From Eubacteriales bacterium (lineage in GTDB: Bacteria; Bacillota; Clostridia; Oscillospirales; UMGS1783), in contig JAZNYQ010000050.1 in NCBI GenBank assembly GCA_045594545.1, forward strand, positions 194 to 64,193: 64,000 bases of DNA, written 5' to 3'. Position numbers and translations under genes: made by a program. The notes beneath the pieces are model-generated. The model saw only the letters and a list, made by a program, of their open reading frames with translations. It ran no database searches and was not told the DNA's origin. Positions 27,571 through 36,814 of this stretch are shown here, piece after piece. Each line of letters begins with the position of its first letter. Positions within the stretch are counted from its first letter, which is position 1.

Positions 27571-28578
27571 ATGAACAAGATCTACATTCCCGACGGTTAT
27601 GCCCCTGTGTTGGATGTCTATGACACCCAGCGGGCAATCTCCTATATCAAGGAGACCTTTCAGGAGGAATTTTCGGCGGCGCTTAACTTAAAGCGCGTAT
27701 CGGCGCCCTTATTTGTTACCGAGGAGTCGGGCTTAAACGACAACCTCAACGGTTACGAGCGGCCGGTATCCTTTGACGTGCCTGCGGTAGGTGCCGAGGC
27801 GCAGGTGGTTCATTCTTTGGCTAAATGGAAACGGTTGGCACTCAAGCGGTATCATTTTGATATTGGTAACGGGTTATACACGGACATGAACGCCATTCGG
27901 CGCGATGAGGATCTGGATAACATTCATTCCATTTACGTGGATCAATGGGACTGGGAGAAGGTTATCACTAAGGATAACCGCAACCTAGACTATCTGAAAC
28001 TGATCGTGCGGGCCATTGTGCGCGCCATTTGCGACACCAACGATCGGCTGCACGTGCGGTTTCCGCAGTTGCGGGTAGAGTTGGAACGTGAGGTTACCTT
28101 TATCACCACGCAGGAATTAGAGGATCGGTATCCCGACCTTGGCGGATCGGAGCGAGAGAGCGCCATTGCCAAGGAGCATCGGACGGTATGCATCATGCAG
28201 ATCGGCGGAGCTTTGCGTTCGGGCAAGCCGCACGACGGGCGTGCGCCCGACTACGATGATTGGTCGCTCAACTGTGATATACTTTTCTGGAACGATGTGC
28301 TGGGGCGGGCATTGGAGATCTCCTCGATGGGGATCCGTGTGGATGCCGAGGCGCTGGATCGGCAGTTGACGATTGCCGGTTGTGATGATCGGCGGTCCCT
28401 CCCCTTCCATAAGATGTTATTAAATAATGAGTTGCCGTTGACCATTGGCGGCGGCATCGGGCAGTCCCGACTGAGCATGCTGATGATGGGTTGCGCTCAC
28501 ATTGGTGAGGTGCAGTCGAGTATTTGGGACAAAGACACGATACAGGCTTGTGAGAAAGCCGGAATCCGATTGTTATAA
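27571..28578 (+). CDS. asnA: aspartate--ammonia ligase
   Basis: 335 aa. Full-length AsnA-like sequence (ISYIKETFQEEFSAALNLKRVSAPLFV...DWEKVI...GGGIGQSRL). Confidence 0.92.
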   Translation: MNKIYIPDGYAPVLDVYDTQRAISYIKETFQEEFSAALNLKRVSAPLFVTEESGLNDNLNGYERPVSFDVPAVGAEAQVVHSLAKWKRLALKRYHFDIGNGLYTDMNAIRRDEDLDNIHSIYVDQWDWEKVITKDNRNLDYLKLIVRAIVRAICDTNDRLHVRFPQLRVELEREVTFITTQELEDRYPDLGGSERESAIAKEHRTVCIMQIGGALRSGKPHDGRAPDYDDWSLNCDILFWNDVLGRALEISSMGIRVDAEALDRQLTIAGCDDRRSLPFHKMLLNNELPLTIGGGIGQSRLSMLMMGCAHIGEVQSSIWDKDTIQACEKAGIRLL

Positions 28579-28579
28579 G

Positions 28580-28609
28580 AAAAATCCACCCATGCGGGTG
28601 GATTTTTTT
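28580..28609. terminator. bidirectional terminator between asnA and the DUF4364 gene
   Basis: aaatccaccc / gggtggattt stem, A-run before and T7 after. Confidence 0.75.
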
Positions 28610-29147
28610 AGAAGTTATTTTGATAGGGGCCGGAGAGTTTTTGCAGGAGCATGCGATAGATATCGGCGGCGTTATCTCTAAAGTTTTCACCGGTGGAAAA
28701 GGCAAATTCCTGCGAGGGCAAGGCGATCTCCAGTTTAAACAACAGATCATCCCCGTCGGTAAGGGAACATTCGGCGATGTACTGGCCGTCCCGCTCAAAG
28801 GTGCGGACATGGGTACCGCTGCGGCGATCGACCTTACTTAGCAGTTCCATAGCGCCTTGGATGACGCGTTCCTTGGCCCAGACGGGCAGGCGGGGTGCCA
28901 GTTCTTTTACCGCTTCGTAGCCCAGACGGGTCAGGACGGTGACGCCTTCCTCGACATCGACGGCGATATGACCGGTGCCGATCAGTTCGTCGATGGCTTC
29001 CTTTAACGTGAAATACTCCACGATCTCGGAGTTAAGAAAGAGATCGACCATCGCACGGGTGGGGATGGCGCGGTTGAGTTTACTTAAGGTGTATAAGATA
29101 AGGATCTTGACATCCTCTTTTTCATGAAGTCTTCCGCCTTCGAGCAT
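28608..29147 (-). CDS. DUF4364-like protein (winged-helix-like N-terminus)
   Basis: ORF 28608..29231, trimmed to ATG 29147 (GGAGGTG RBS). The family assignment is from memory of the KILILYTL...PTRAMVDLF pattern. Confidence 0.55.
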   Translation of the reverse strand: MLEGGRLHEKEDVKILILYTLSKLNRAIPTRAMVDLFLNSEIVEYFTLKEAIDELIGTGHIAVDVEEGVTVLTRLGYEAVKELAPRLPVWAKERVIQGAMELLSKVDRRSGTHVRTFERDGQYIAECSLTDGDDLLFKLEIALPSQEFAFSTGENFRDNAADIYRMLLQKLSGPYQNNF

Positions 29148-29251
29148 GAGATCACCTCCGTGATTTTGTTTATTATACCACAGTGTGGGTAACAAATACA
29201 AGGCTTTCCCAATAAAATGTATCGAGATCAATTTTCTTGGGAGTGAAACAG

Positions 29252-30310
29252 ATGGGTATTATCGGCGAAAGTTTTTTAGGCGTTAACAGTGAATCGGGGT
29301 TTGCCTCTTTTTATCGGGACTTTGTTGAGGGGCGTGACCGTGTTTATGTAATCAAAGGCGGGCCGGGTACCGGCAAGAGCACGCTCATGCGGAAGGTGGC
29401 GCAGGCCGCCTGTGATAAGGGATATGATGTGGAACTGCTGCACTGTTCCTCCGATCCGGAGTCGTTGGATGCGGTGCACATCATCCAGACCAACACCAGC
29501 ATACTGGACGGCACGCCGCCGCACGTGATTGAGCCGCCGTTGCCGGGGGCGGTGGGACGGTTGGTTGACCTGTACCAATTCTGGGATCATGAGAAACTAA
29601 CGATGCAGACGGCACAGATCAAAAAGACCAATCAGGTTATTCATAATTTGTACTCGCGCATCTATCTTTACTTAGGGGCGGCGGGACGGTTGCAGCGGGA
29701 CCTGGCCAATATCGGCGCCACGCTGCTCAACCGTGCCAAGTTACGGGGATATACCGACCGTTTATGCGCCCGTTATATACGCTCGCGTATCGGCACTGTA
29801 TCGGAAGAAAAGCGATTTTTCTCGGCGTTTACCCCACAGGGAGTCACCTTTTATCCGCCGAGCCGGATCGGAATTGAGCGGCAACTGGTATTGGAAGATG
29901 AGTACGGGATTCTCTCCCGCATGCTGGAAGTGGTGCGGCACCGCGCCATCAAGGCCAATCACCGCATCATCAGCGGCTATTCCCCGTTGATGCCGGATCA
30001 GCTGACACATTTGATCCTTCCCGATGCGGGGCTGATGCTTTGCCTGTCCAACAGCATGCACAAATTACAGGCACAACCCTATTGCCGCATTCATGTTTCC
30101 CGTTTTCTGGACACGGCGATAGAGTCGCAACATAAGGCAAAACTTGCCTTTTTGCGGCGCAGTCGGGACGAGATCCTCAAAGAGGCCTGTGAACTGCTCA
30201 CCACCTGCCATGAGAAGCACGATCGCTTAGAGGATTATTACAAGGGCTCGATCGATTATGCCGCCCTCGATCAATACACACAAAACCTGTTAACACAGAT
30301 CGTACCGTAA
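29252..30310 (+). CDS. P-loop ATPase of unknown function (PRK06851-like)
   Basis: ORF 29237..30310, trimmed to ATG 29252. Walker A GGPGTGKST. No other recognisable domain. Confidence 0.6.
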   Translation: MGIIGESFLGVNSESGFASFYRDFVEGRDRVYVIKGGPGTGKSTLMRKVAQAACDKGYDVELLHCSSDPESLDAVHIIQTNTSILDGTPPHVIEPPLPGAVGRLVDLYQFWDHEKLTMQTAQIKKTNQVIHNLYSRIYLYLGAAGRLQRDLANIGATLLNRAKLRGYTDRLCARYIRSRIGTVSEEKRFFSAFTPQGVTFYPPSRIGIERQLVLEDEYGILSRMLEVVRHRAIKANHRIISGYSPLMPDQLTHLILPDAGLMLCLSNSMHKLQAQPYCRIHVSRFLDTAIESQHKAKLAFLRRSRDEILKEACELLTTCHEKHDRLEDYYKGSIDYAALDQYTQNLLTQIVP

Positions 30311-30316
30311 TGTGAA

Positions 30317-30346
30317 CCGGAAGATCTCTCTTCCGGCAAAATTTTT
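30317..30346 (+). terminator. possible terminator after the ATPase gene
   Basis: ccggaaga / tcttccgg stem with a tctc loop. The T5 run is displaced by caaaa. Confidence 0.45.
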
Positions 30347-30347
30347 C

Positions 30348-30376
30348 TTGACAAATGTGACCGATTGGGTTATTCT
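30348..30376 (+). promoter_or_regulatory. sigma-A type promoter of the XRE/ImmA pair
   Basis: TTGACA (30348-30353), 17-nt spacer, TATTCT (30371-30376). Confidence 0.55.
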
Positions 30377-30381
30377 ATAAG

Positions 30382-30395
30382 TGACCATATGGTCA
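30382..30395. promoter_or_regulatory. perfect 14-bp palindrome TGACCATATGGTCA, candidate XRE operator
   Basis: It sits at the predicted transcription start of the XRE gene. An extra GTGACC half-site lies inside the promoter spacer (30357-30362). Confidence 0.5.
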
Positions 30396-30419
30396 TAAGC
30401 AGTAAAGGAGTACGAAATT

Positions 30420-30803
30420 ATGAGATGTGGAGAAAAGATACGGCAATTACGGGAAGGCGCGCATTTGAGTCAGACCGATCTGGCGAATATGCTGGGAGTA
30501 TCGTTGCGCACGGTGCAACGCTATGAGAAGTGCGAGCGGATTCCTACCGCTGACGTGCTGGTGCATATCGGAACCATTTTTAATGAAACGAGCGAGTCGA
30601 TGCTCAGCGATGAAGATCTGTTCATCAATGCGGCAACCAAACTCGGCGGGCGCTCGGCCTTGCAGGCTATGGAGTTGGTCAATGCAGTAGGCGGGTTATT
30701 TGCCGGCGGTGATCTGAGTGAAGATGACAAGGATGCGGTGATGCAGGCGATCATGGAAGCCTACTGGGATGCCAAGGCCCGCAACGGCAAAAAGCAGGGA
30801 TAA
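30420..30803 (+). CDS. XRE family helix-turn-helix transcriptional regulator
   Basis: 127 aa. N-terminal HTH_3 (IRQLREGAHLSQTDLANMLGVSLRTVQRYEK). Confidence 0.8.
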   Translation: MRCGEKIRQLREGAHLSQTDLANMLGVSLRTVQRYEKCERIPTADVLVHIGTIFNETSESMLSDEDLFINAATKLGGRSALQAMELVNAVGGLFAGGDLSEDDKDAVMQAIMEAYWDAKARNGKKQG

Positions 30804-30805
30804 GC

Positions 30806-31318
30806 ATGGCACAACAGTACATTCACACCTTAGCGCAGGAGCTGGTGGATCGGTTTGGTACGCGGGATCCTTTTGCGATTGCCGAAGCCTTAGGGGCACA
30901 CATTAAGATCGTGGATAATTTTGTGTCGCTCAAAGGGATGTACCGTGTTATTTTAGGAGAGCGTTATATCTTTTTAAGCGGGAATCTGGACGATAAGACC
31001 AGACGGATCGTGTGCGCTCACGAGTTGGGACACGATCAGTTGCATCGCGCTTTGGCGACCAGCAGTATTATACAGGAATTCATGTTATACGATATGAATT
31101 CCCGTCCCGAATATGAAGCCAATCTGTTTGCGGCCGCCCTGTTACTGGATGATGAGAGTATAGCCGCATGTGCCGAGGAGGGTTGCGACGTATTGCAAAC
31201 CTCCATGCAATTGGACACTGACATCAATCTGGTGCTCATCAAAATGGCGCAAATGAATGAGCGTGGCTACAAGTTTAACCCGCAACCACGCTCCAATACC
31301 ACCTTTTTAAAAGGCTGA
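30806..31318 (+). CDS. ImmA/IrrE family metallo-endopeptidase (COG2856)
   Basis: 170 aa. HELGH zinc motif (CAHELGHDQLH). Starts 2 nt after the XRE stop. Confidence 0.8.
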   Translation: MAQQYIHTLAQELVDRFGTRDPFAIAEALGAHIKIVDNFVSLKGMYRVILGERYIFLSGNLDDKTRRIVCAHELGHDQLHRALATSSIIQEFMLYDMNSRPEYEANLFAAALLLDDESIAACAEEGCDVLQTSMQLDTDINLVLIKMAQMNERGYKFNPQPRSNTTFLKG

Positions 31319-32137
31319 TCTTTTATATTGTAACAAATCGTCGTAAACCCGTTCGGGCACCTCGGGATAGCCGAATGGGGTATCGGTTTTACGATCCCCG
31401 TGGAAATCACTGCCGCCGCTTGGGAGCAAGGCATAGGCCTTAGCGATCCGGGCGGCGGTTTTGCATTGATCTTCATCATAAGAAGAATGATAAACTTCCA
31501 TACCGATCAATCCCTCAGGCACTGCCGCATCCAACAAACGGCAGAGCGAGTTTTCTGTCAGATCTTTCAACGGATGCGCCAAGATCGGCACCGCCTGTAC
31601 CTGCCGCAACAACGCCAGCGCCGCCGAGAAAGACGGGCGCGGAGGCGGGCAATAATAGCCACATTCTTCCCCTAAGAGGGTGGCAAAAGCGTCCGAGATG
31701 GTACGGACATATCCCGCTTGACACAGCGCGTGGGCGATATGGGCACGGTTGATGTAGTTGCCGTTTTTCTTGACCAGATCGTCGTAGTCAATGACAAAGC
31801 CGTCCTCTTGCAGGCGGCGAACGGTCTGACGGTTGCTGATCTCCTTGTTATCCCGAAAGGCACGGGTCCACACTTCGATCGTATCGTAATGCGCTTCCGA
31901 CACGAACAGACCCAACAGGTGCAGTTCTTTACCCTCGTACTCGGTCGTTAACTCGACACCGCCTACGGCGGTAACGCCCCGCCTTTGGGCTTGTGAGATC
32001 CATTCGGGCAGACCTGCAACGGTATTATGATCGGTCAGCGCCACGATGCGGTTGGTTTGTTTGGCCAGTTCCACGATTTGGGACGGCGTACAGGTGCCGT
32101 CCGAGAAGGTGGAATGGGTATGCAGATCGCAAAACAT
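31307..32137 (-). CDS. PHP domain phosphoesterase
   Basis: 276 aa. MFCDLHTHSTFSDG and LTDHNT PHP motifs. Confidence 0.8.
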   Translation of the reverse strand: MFCDLHTHSTFSDGTCTPSQIVELAKQTNRIVALTDHNTVAGLPEWISQAQRRGVTAVGGVELTTEYEGKELHLLGLFVSEAHYDTIEVWTRAFRDNKEISNRQTVRRLQEDGFVIDYDDLVKKNGNYINRAHIAHALCQAGYVRTISDAFATLLGEECGYYCPPPRPSFSAALALLRQVQAVPILAHPLKDLTENSLCRLLDAAVPEGLIGMEVYHSSYDEDQCKTAARIAKAYALLPSGGSDFHGDRKTDTPFGYPEVPERVYDDLLQYKRSAF

Positions 32138-32178
32138 GATATCACCCCTGTACCGATTATATCATGTTATACGCTAAA

Positions 32179-32604
32179 TCACAACGGTTTGATCTTGGCA
32201 TTCAGTTTTTTTTCGGTTATTTTTACCACGGTATAGACGGTGAGCCAAACCACAAAATAGCCGACGACAAATATGGCGCTGAAGATGAGAACGACCATGG
32301 GATCAAAGGCGATCCAACGGTTGACCGCGTAGCACAGCAGATAGGCGACGTAGAGCGTACCGAAATGGCATAACAGGGATTTGGCAATAGGCCAATGCTC
32401 GATCTGGTTAAAGATGCTGGCGCCCGCATGGACGAAAGCGAGCAAATAAGTGGAAACCATGATAATCAGCAGATCGATACCGCCTACTGCGACATGAGGC
32501 AGACAAGCATCCAAAACGGCATAGACGATACCGGCAATGATAGGGCCGAATCCGCCGAAGATCAAGCCGCGGTGGAGAAAATCTTTTAGATAACGATTCA
32601 TCAC
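32179..32604 (-). CDS. DUF3021-like membrane protein
   Basis: 141 aa with 4 TM helices. 4-nt overlap with the upstream LytTR gene, a commonly seen pairing. Confidence 0.55.
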   Translation of the reverse strand: MMNRYLKDFLHRGLIFGGFGPIIAGIVYAVLDACLPHVAVGGIDLLIIMVSTYLLAFVHAGASIFNQIEHWPIAKSLLCHFGTLYVAYLLCYAVNRWIAFDPMVVLIFSAIFVVGYFVVWLTVYTVVKITEKKLNAKIKPL

Positions 32605-33032
32605 AATCCCATCCTTTCTTTGACTGTTTTTAATTGGCGTCTGGATACATAATCCTGATAGCCGTTTTTCAGGACAACGGCAAGAGAACCGCCGATCGAG
32701 GTTTGGAATTTTTTAATTTTTGAGAGATTGATCAAGCAGGACTGGTTGATCTTGACAAAGGATCCGGCGTACTGCTGCTCGAGTTGGTAGAGTCGCTCTT
32801 TTACCTGCCACTTTTCCTGCTCGGTGAGGGCATACACCTTGCCCGACTCGACACAGAAGACGTAGATATCGTCCCCGTTGAGTTTGACGGTATCTGCCTT
32901 TTGATAGCCGAACAATTCTCCTTGGTGCCGTTCCAGAAGCGATTCGATCTTTTGCAGAACTTCCGATTTTTCTTTGGCATATATCAAGATATCTTCTTGT
33001 TGCGTGCTTGATATTTCGATTCGATATTGCAT
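32601..33032 (-). CDS. LytTR family DNA-binding protein (no receiver domain)
   Basis: 143 aa. The C-terminal LytTR pattern FVKINQSCLINLSKIKKF...YVSRRQLKTVKERMG. Confidence 0.8.
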   Translation of the reverse strand: MQYRIEISSTQQEDILIYAKEKSEVLQKIESLLERHQGELFGYQKADTVKLNGDDIYVFCVESGKVYALTEQEKWQVKERLYQLEQQYAGSFVKINQSCLINLSKIKKFQTSIGGSLAVVLKNGYQDYVSRRQLKTVKERMGL

Positions 33033-33069
33033 GTCATCCTCCTTTATTACGCGTATCTTCTGACAGATT

Positions 33070-33099
33070 ATTGTAACAGATTTCGATAGGCTCTGTCAA
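33070..33099 (-). promoter_or_regulatory. sigma-A type promoter of the LytTR/DUF3021 operon
   Basis: On the minus strand: TTGACA (33099-33094), 18-nt spacer, TACAAT (33075-33070). Confidence 0.55.
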
Positions 33100-33211
33100 T
33101 GAATCCGCACTATGCGGTGGGTTTGAGCGTATATGCGGAAGGACACGGTCGGAAAACCTTTCAAAAAATCCATGTGTTTCATTGACAAGTGAAGAGTGAA
33201 GAGGTAATAGT

Positions 33212-33249
33212 GAAAAAGTAAACTCCCCATTCTTACGAACGGGGAGTTT
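33212..33249 (-). terminator. terminator after tRNA-Arg
   Basis: aaactcccc / ggggagttt stem with a 12-nt loop, followed by a T5 run on the minus strand. Confidence 0.6.
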
Positions 33250-33326
33250 TGGTACGCCCGACTGGATTCGAACCAGCGACCTTCAGAGTCGGAGTCTGAC
33301 ACTCTATCCAACTGAGCTACGGGCGC
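33250..33326 (-). tRNA. tRNA-Arg (anticodon CCG), CCA encoded
   Basis: The minus strand reads GCGCCCG-TA-GCTC..GAGT-G-TCAGA-CTCCGAC-TCTGA-AGGTC-GCTGG-TTCGAAT-CCAGT-CGGGCGT-A-CCA. Confidence 0.9.
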
Positions 33327-33358
33327 ATATCCTGCCCCGCAAAAAGCGGGGCGTGTAT

Positions 33359-36300
33359 TTAGTTTTTCCGTGTTTTGATCGACACTTGCGTATCTTCGGT
33401 GACGTTAAACCGATAGGTATACTTCGTACCATTGCCCGATCCGACGACCTCGACAGGACTATGGATCACCGTACCGTTGGTTTTCCCTATGGTAGCCACT
33501 TCGGTTAGGGTATAACCCGACTGGACCTGAATGGTCATCGAATAGCGGGTACCTTTGATGACGACATCGCCGCTGTTACTGGTGATGGTATAACCTTCAC
33601 CCGAGGGCAGAGATACCGTCGCGGCATTGATCATGGCCACTTCAATACGAATATTATAGTCTTTCTTGACCGGATCGATAGAGAAGGTATAGGTCTTGGT
33701 CTGCGATCCGCTCTGTTTGATCGGCGAGAGCGATTCGCTCCCTGCCCAGACTCCTTCCAAGGAATAGCCCGGTGAGACCTTGACCGAGAAGGTGAAGCTC
33801 TCCCCTTCCATGACCTTTACCGAGGTATTGGCGCCGGGGGACATGGTATAGCCCTTGCCGGCGGCGGGCATAGTGACGGTAAACTCATCGGGATCGTACA
33901 CCACATTGGGATTATACAGTTTCGGCGACGAGGACCGTTTATGAGAAGCACACAAGTGGTTATTGGTACCGCCGGATGTAGAATATCCCGCATAGGTTCC
34001 TTGTTTCTGGAGCGAACTCCATACCGGACCGGACAGCGACAGCGCCGTGCCGTCGGGAACCGGACGGTAAACATACTGGGCATCGGTTGTGGGGAAATTG
34101 ACGCCAAATTCACGCACAATATTGATCATAGATGCCAGATGTGCCGAGGGACAAGCGTCATGAGCGATCTGACCTGACGTATCACAAACATACACAGGAA
34201 CATGGCAGGTACATACCTCCTTGGGCAAGGTATCCTTTTTAAACCATGCGGTAAAGGTACGCTCGCCGCGTACATCAATCAGGCAGTTGGCATCCGCCAA
34301 CATGCCGCAATCGGAGCAAACGGTTTCCTGCACAAGGGTGCCCGGACGAGCCTTTAAAGACTGACCGGAGAAACCGACCTTATTGATCACGTGTTGCATG
34401 ACACGTTTCCATAAAGTCTGTGAAATGTAACCGGACACACCATAATCCACCAAATTTGCCGGCTCATCAAAGCCAACCCAAAGAGCAGCGGTAAAATAGG
34501 GGGTAAACCCGGCATACCATTTATCGTGGTTATTTTGAGAAGTACCGGTTTTGGCGGCCAGCGGCACACTTAACTTACCGTTTTTAGCCAAACCATTCTG
34601 CACTCCGTCATACAGAATATCTTGCATGAGCCATGCGCTCTCAGCCGAGCAGGCCTGTTCGCCGTCTTCCTTATTCTCCAAGACGATTTGACCCGATTGG
34701 GTTTCGACCTTGGTATAGGAGATCGGCTTATGATAGACACCACCGGAAGCAATGGAACCATAACCGCCTACCATGTCACGCAGATATACACCATAATCCA
34801 TAGCGCCCATAGAAAGAGCGGCAAGATTTTTATCATTTTGGGTAAGGGATACATGCAGGTTTTTACTTAGAAAATCGTACGCCTTATCCATGCTTACCTT
34901 ATTAAGTACCTGCGCCGCCGAAGCATTGAGCGAGTTGCGAATGGCGCCAAACATGGTGGTCATGCCATAGTAATACCGATTGGCGTTTTGCGGATAGCCG
35001 GCACCGCCCAAGATGGTAACAGGGGCATCATCGATAACCGTTCCTTCGGTAATGGCATTCAATTCCAGCGCCGGCAGATAGGCCGACAGCGGTTTGATCG
35101 AGGAACCAGGTTGACGGCGGGTTGAGGTGGCACGATTGAGAGCACGACTGCTCTTTTCGCCACGGCCGCCGATCACGCCGAGGATGTGACCGTTGGACTG
35201 ATCCATCAGCAAGGTTGCGACCTGATAATCGGCCTCCGGATGAGAGTCGCCGGGGAAGGTAGAGGCATCGGCAAATACTTCTTCCAGAGCGTTTTGCACG
35301 CGCATATCCACCGTGGTATAGATCTGAAGACCGCCGCTGAACAGATAGTTCGAGGCCGCCATCTCCGAATAGCCTTTTTGCTCCTGCAGGTCTTGCAGGA
35401 CATCGTCGATCACCGTATCGACAAACCAAGAATAGGTGCTGGACAGGGCCATGGTCTTGCCATTGGGATTAAACTCAAGCACCTGTGCTTTGGCTTCCTC
35501 ATACTCGGCCTGTGTTAATTTATTCAGTTCCCGCATCTTATTGAGGATCAGATCCTTACGGTAGGCGTTTTCCTCGGGATGGTCGTAGGGCTCGTAAACG
35601 GCGGGCTTGTTGATAATGCCGAACAGGGCGGCACTCTCGGCCACCGTCAGCTCCGGTACCGTTTTGTTAAAATACAGCTCGGTAGCCTTGCCCAGACCGT
35701 AGGCGCGGTAATTGAAATACACCGTATTGATATAATACTCAAGGATATCTTCTTTTTGGTACTTGCGTTCGATATACAGGGCGCGCAGAATTTCCTGCGC
35801 TTTGCGCTGCCACGTACGGTCGTTATCCTGTGTGAGGTTCTTGATCAACTGCTGGGTAATGGTAGAACCGCCGTACTCGCCGTCTTTCAAGACCCAATTG
35901 ACAACGGCACCGCCGAAACGTTTCCAGTCAACACCGTTATGATCCCAGAACCGTTCGTCCTCGATCGAGATCAAGGCATCCACGGCATACTGAGGGACAT
36001 CCTCCAGATTGACCCAGATACGGTTCTCGTTGACAAACAGCTCCTGCATTTTCTCGAATTCGCCCGTTTCACTGTTCTTGGCATAGAGGGTCGTAGTATA
36101 TTCCAAGGTGCGATTGGCGAACAGTTCGTCCATGGCCGGATCGGTATACCCATTCACCAACGACGCGAACAAGATCAGCCCAACAGCGATACAGCCGCCG
36201 ATGAAGGAGCCGACATATCCGGCGATCTTCAGCCATTTCTTGGTTTTGGGCGGCAGGGGATCCTTTTTCGCGTTGACCTGCTTAATGGCTCTGGCATCCA

Positions 36301-36670
36301 CCTTGACGGTATCACCCATGGCGGCCTCCGCCGGCTCTGCCTTTTTTTCTTCGGGAATTGAGAAAGGAGCGGTATGATCCACAATAGGGATCCGGTCGAA
36401 ATCCTGCATAGGCGCGACCGAAACCGACGACTCGGGCATATCGATATCCCCTGACAGAGCCGCCATGGCGTTGAGCGCTACCTGTGCATTATGGGCATCC
36501 TCTTTTTCCAGTTGCTCGATCTGACGGATCTCCTCCTCGGTGGGTTCTTCCTGCACATCGGGGGTAGGAGCGGGCGTCGGCTCGGGCTTTTTGAGGCTTT
36601 CATCCAATAAGCGATTCAGTTCGTTGAAATCAAATTCGGTAAAATCAAAATCTTTGCTCACATCATTCAC
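33359..36670 (-). CDS. class A penicillin-binding protein (glycosyltransferase + transpeptidase) with long N- and C-terminal extensions
   Basis: 1103 aa. GT51 motifs (EDERFWDHNGVD, GGSTITQQL, RKAQE), transpeptidase SSIKP and KTGTS. Acidic ~150-aa cytoplasmic head. Cys cluster and two ~85-aa C-terminal repeats. Confidence 0.9.
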   Translation of the reverse strand: MNDVSKDFDFTEFDFNELNRLLDESLKKPEPTPAPTPDVQEEPTEEEIRQIEQLEKEDAHNAQVALNAMAALSGDIDMPESSVSVAPMQDFDRIPIVDHTAPFSIPEEKKAEPAEAAMGDTVKVDARAIKQVNAKKDPLPPKTKKWLKIAGYVGSFIGGCIAVGLILFASLVNGYTDPAMDELFANRTLEYTTTLYAKNSETGEFEKMQELFVNENRIWVNLEDVPQYAVDALISIEDERFWDHNGVDWKRFGGAVVNWVLKDGEYGGSTITQQLIKNLTQDNDRTWQRKAQEILRALYIERKYQKEDILEYYINTVYFNYRAYGLGKATELYFNKTVPELTVAESAALFGIINKPAVYEPYDHPEENAYRKDLILNKMRELNKLTQAEYEEAKAQVLEFNPNGKTMALSSTYSWFVDTVIDDVLQDLQEQKGYSEMAASNYLFSGGLQIYTTVDMRVQNALEEVFADASTFPGDSHPEADYQVATLLMDQSNGHILGVIGGRGEKSSRALNRATSTRRQPGSSIKPLSAYLPALELNAITEGTVIDDAPVTILGGAGYPQNANRYYYGMTTMFGAIRNSLNASAAQVLNKVSMDKAYDFLSKNLHVSLTQNDKNLAALSMGAMDYGVYLRDMVGGYGSIASGGVYHKPISYTKVETQSGQIVLENKEDGEQACSAESAWLMQDILYDGVQNGLAKNGKLSVPLAAKTGTSQNNHDKWYAGFTPYFTAALWVGFDEPANLVDYGVSGYISQTLWKRVMQHVINKVGFSGQSLKARPGTLVQETVCSDCGMLADANCLIDVRGERTFTAWFKKDTLPKEVCTCHVPVYVCDTSGQIAHDACPSAHLASMINIVREFGVNFPTTDAQYVYRPVPDGTALSLSGPVWSSLQKQGTYAGYSTSGGTNNHLCASHKRSSSPKLYNPNVVYDPDEFTVTMPAAGKGYTMSPGANTSVKVMEGESFTFSVKVSPGYSLEGVWAGSESLSPIKQSGSQTKTYTFSIDPVKKDYNIRIEVAMINAATVSLPSGEGYTITSNSGDVVIKGTRYSMTIQVQSGYTLTEVATIGKTNGTVIHSPVEVVGSGNGTKYTYRFNVTEDTQVSIKTRKN

Positions 36671-36697
36671 CTCTTTACATTCGAATCAACACAACCT

Positions 36698-36725
36698 ATT
36701 ATACCATAAATCCCGACAATTTCAA
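36698..36725 (-). promoter_or_regulatory. extended -10 sigma-A promoter of the downstream PBP gene
   Basis: On the minus strand: TTGAAA (36725-36720), 16-nt spacer ending in TGg, TATAAT (36703-36698). Confidence 0.6.
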
Positions 36726-36740
36726 GCGTGAGATGCAAAA

Positions 36741-36778
36741 TAAAGAGGAAAAACCGAATCTTTGATCCGGTTTTTCCT
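36741..36778 (-). terminator. terminator after the upstream PBP gene
   Basis: aggaaaaaccg / cggtttttcct stem, followed by a T-rich tail on the minus strand. Confidence 0.6.
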
Positions 36779-36814
36779 TGGTATAGCTGTATTTGCATGT
36801 AATTGTTAATTTTC

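Noticed and set aside
33063-33082. Direct ACAGATT repeats 13 nt apart within the LytTR operon promoter, considered as a possible LytTR autoregulatory site.
   Set aside because: The spacing does not match the 9-bp repeat / 12-bp spacer geometry known for AgrA-type LytTR binding. The repeats are too short to distinguish from chance.
33096-33311. 71-aa ORF on the minus strand.
   Set aside because: It overlaps the tRNA-Arg gene and its terminator, so it is spurious.
26986-33326. A possible integrated mobile element bounded by tRNA-Leu and tRNA-Arg and containing the XRE/ImmA pair.
   Set aside because: The interval contains housekeeping genes (asnA, yhcH-family) and no integrase, recombinase or phage structural genes. 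I saw no direct repeat of a tRNA 3' end.
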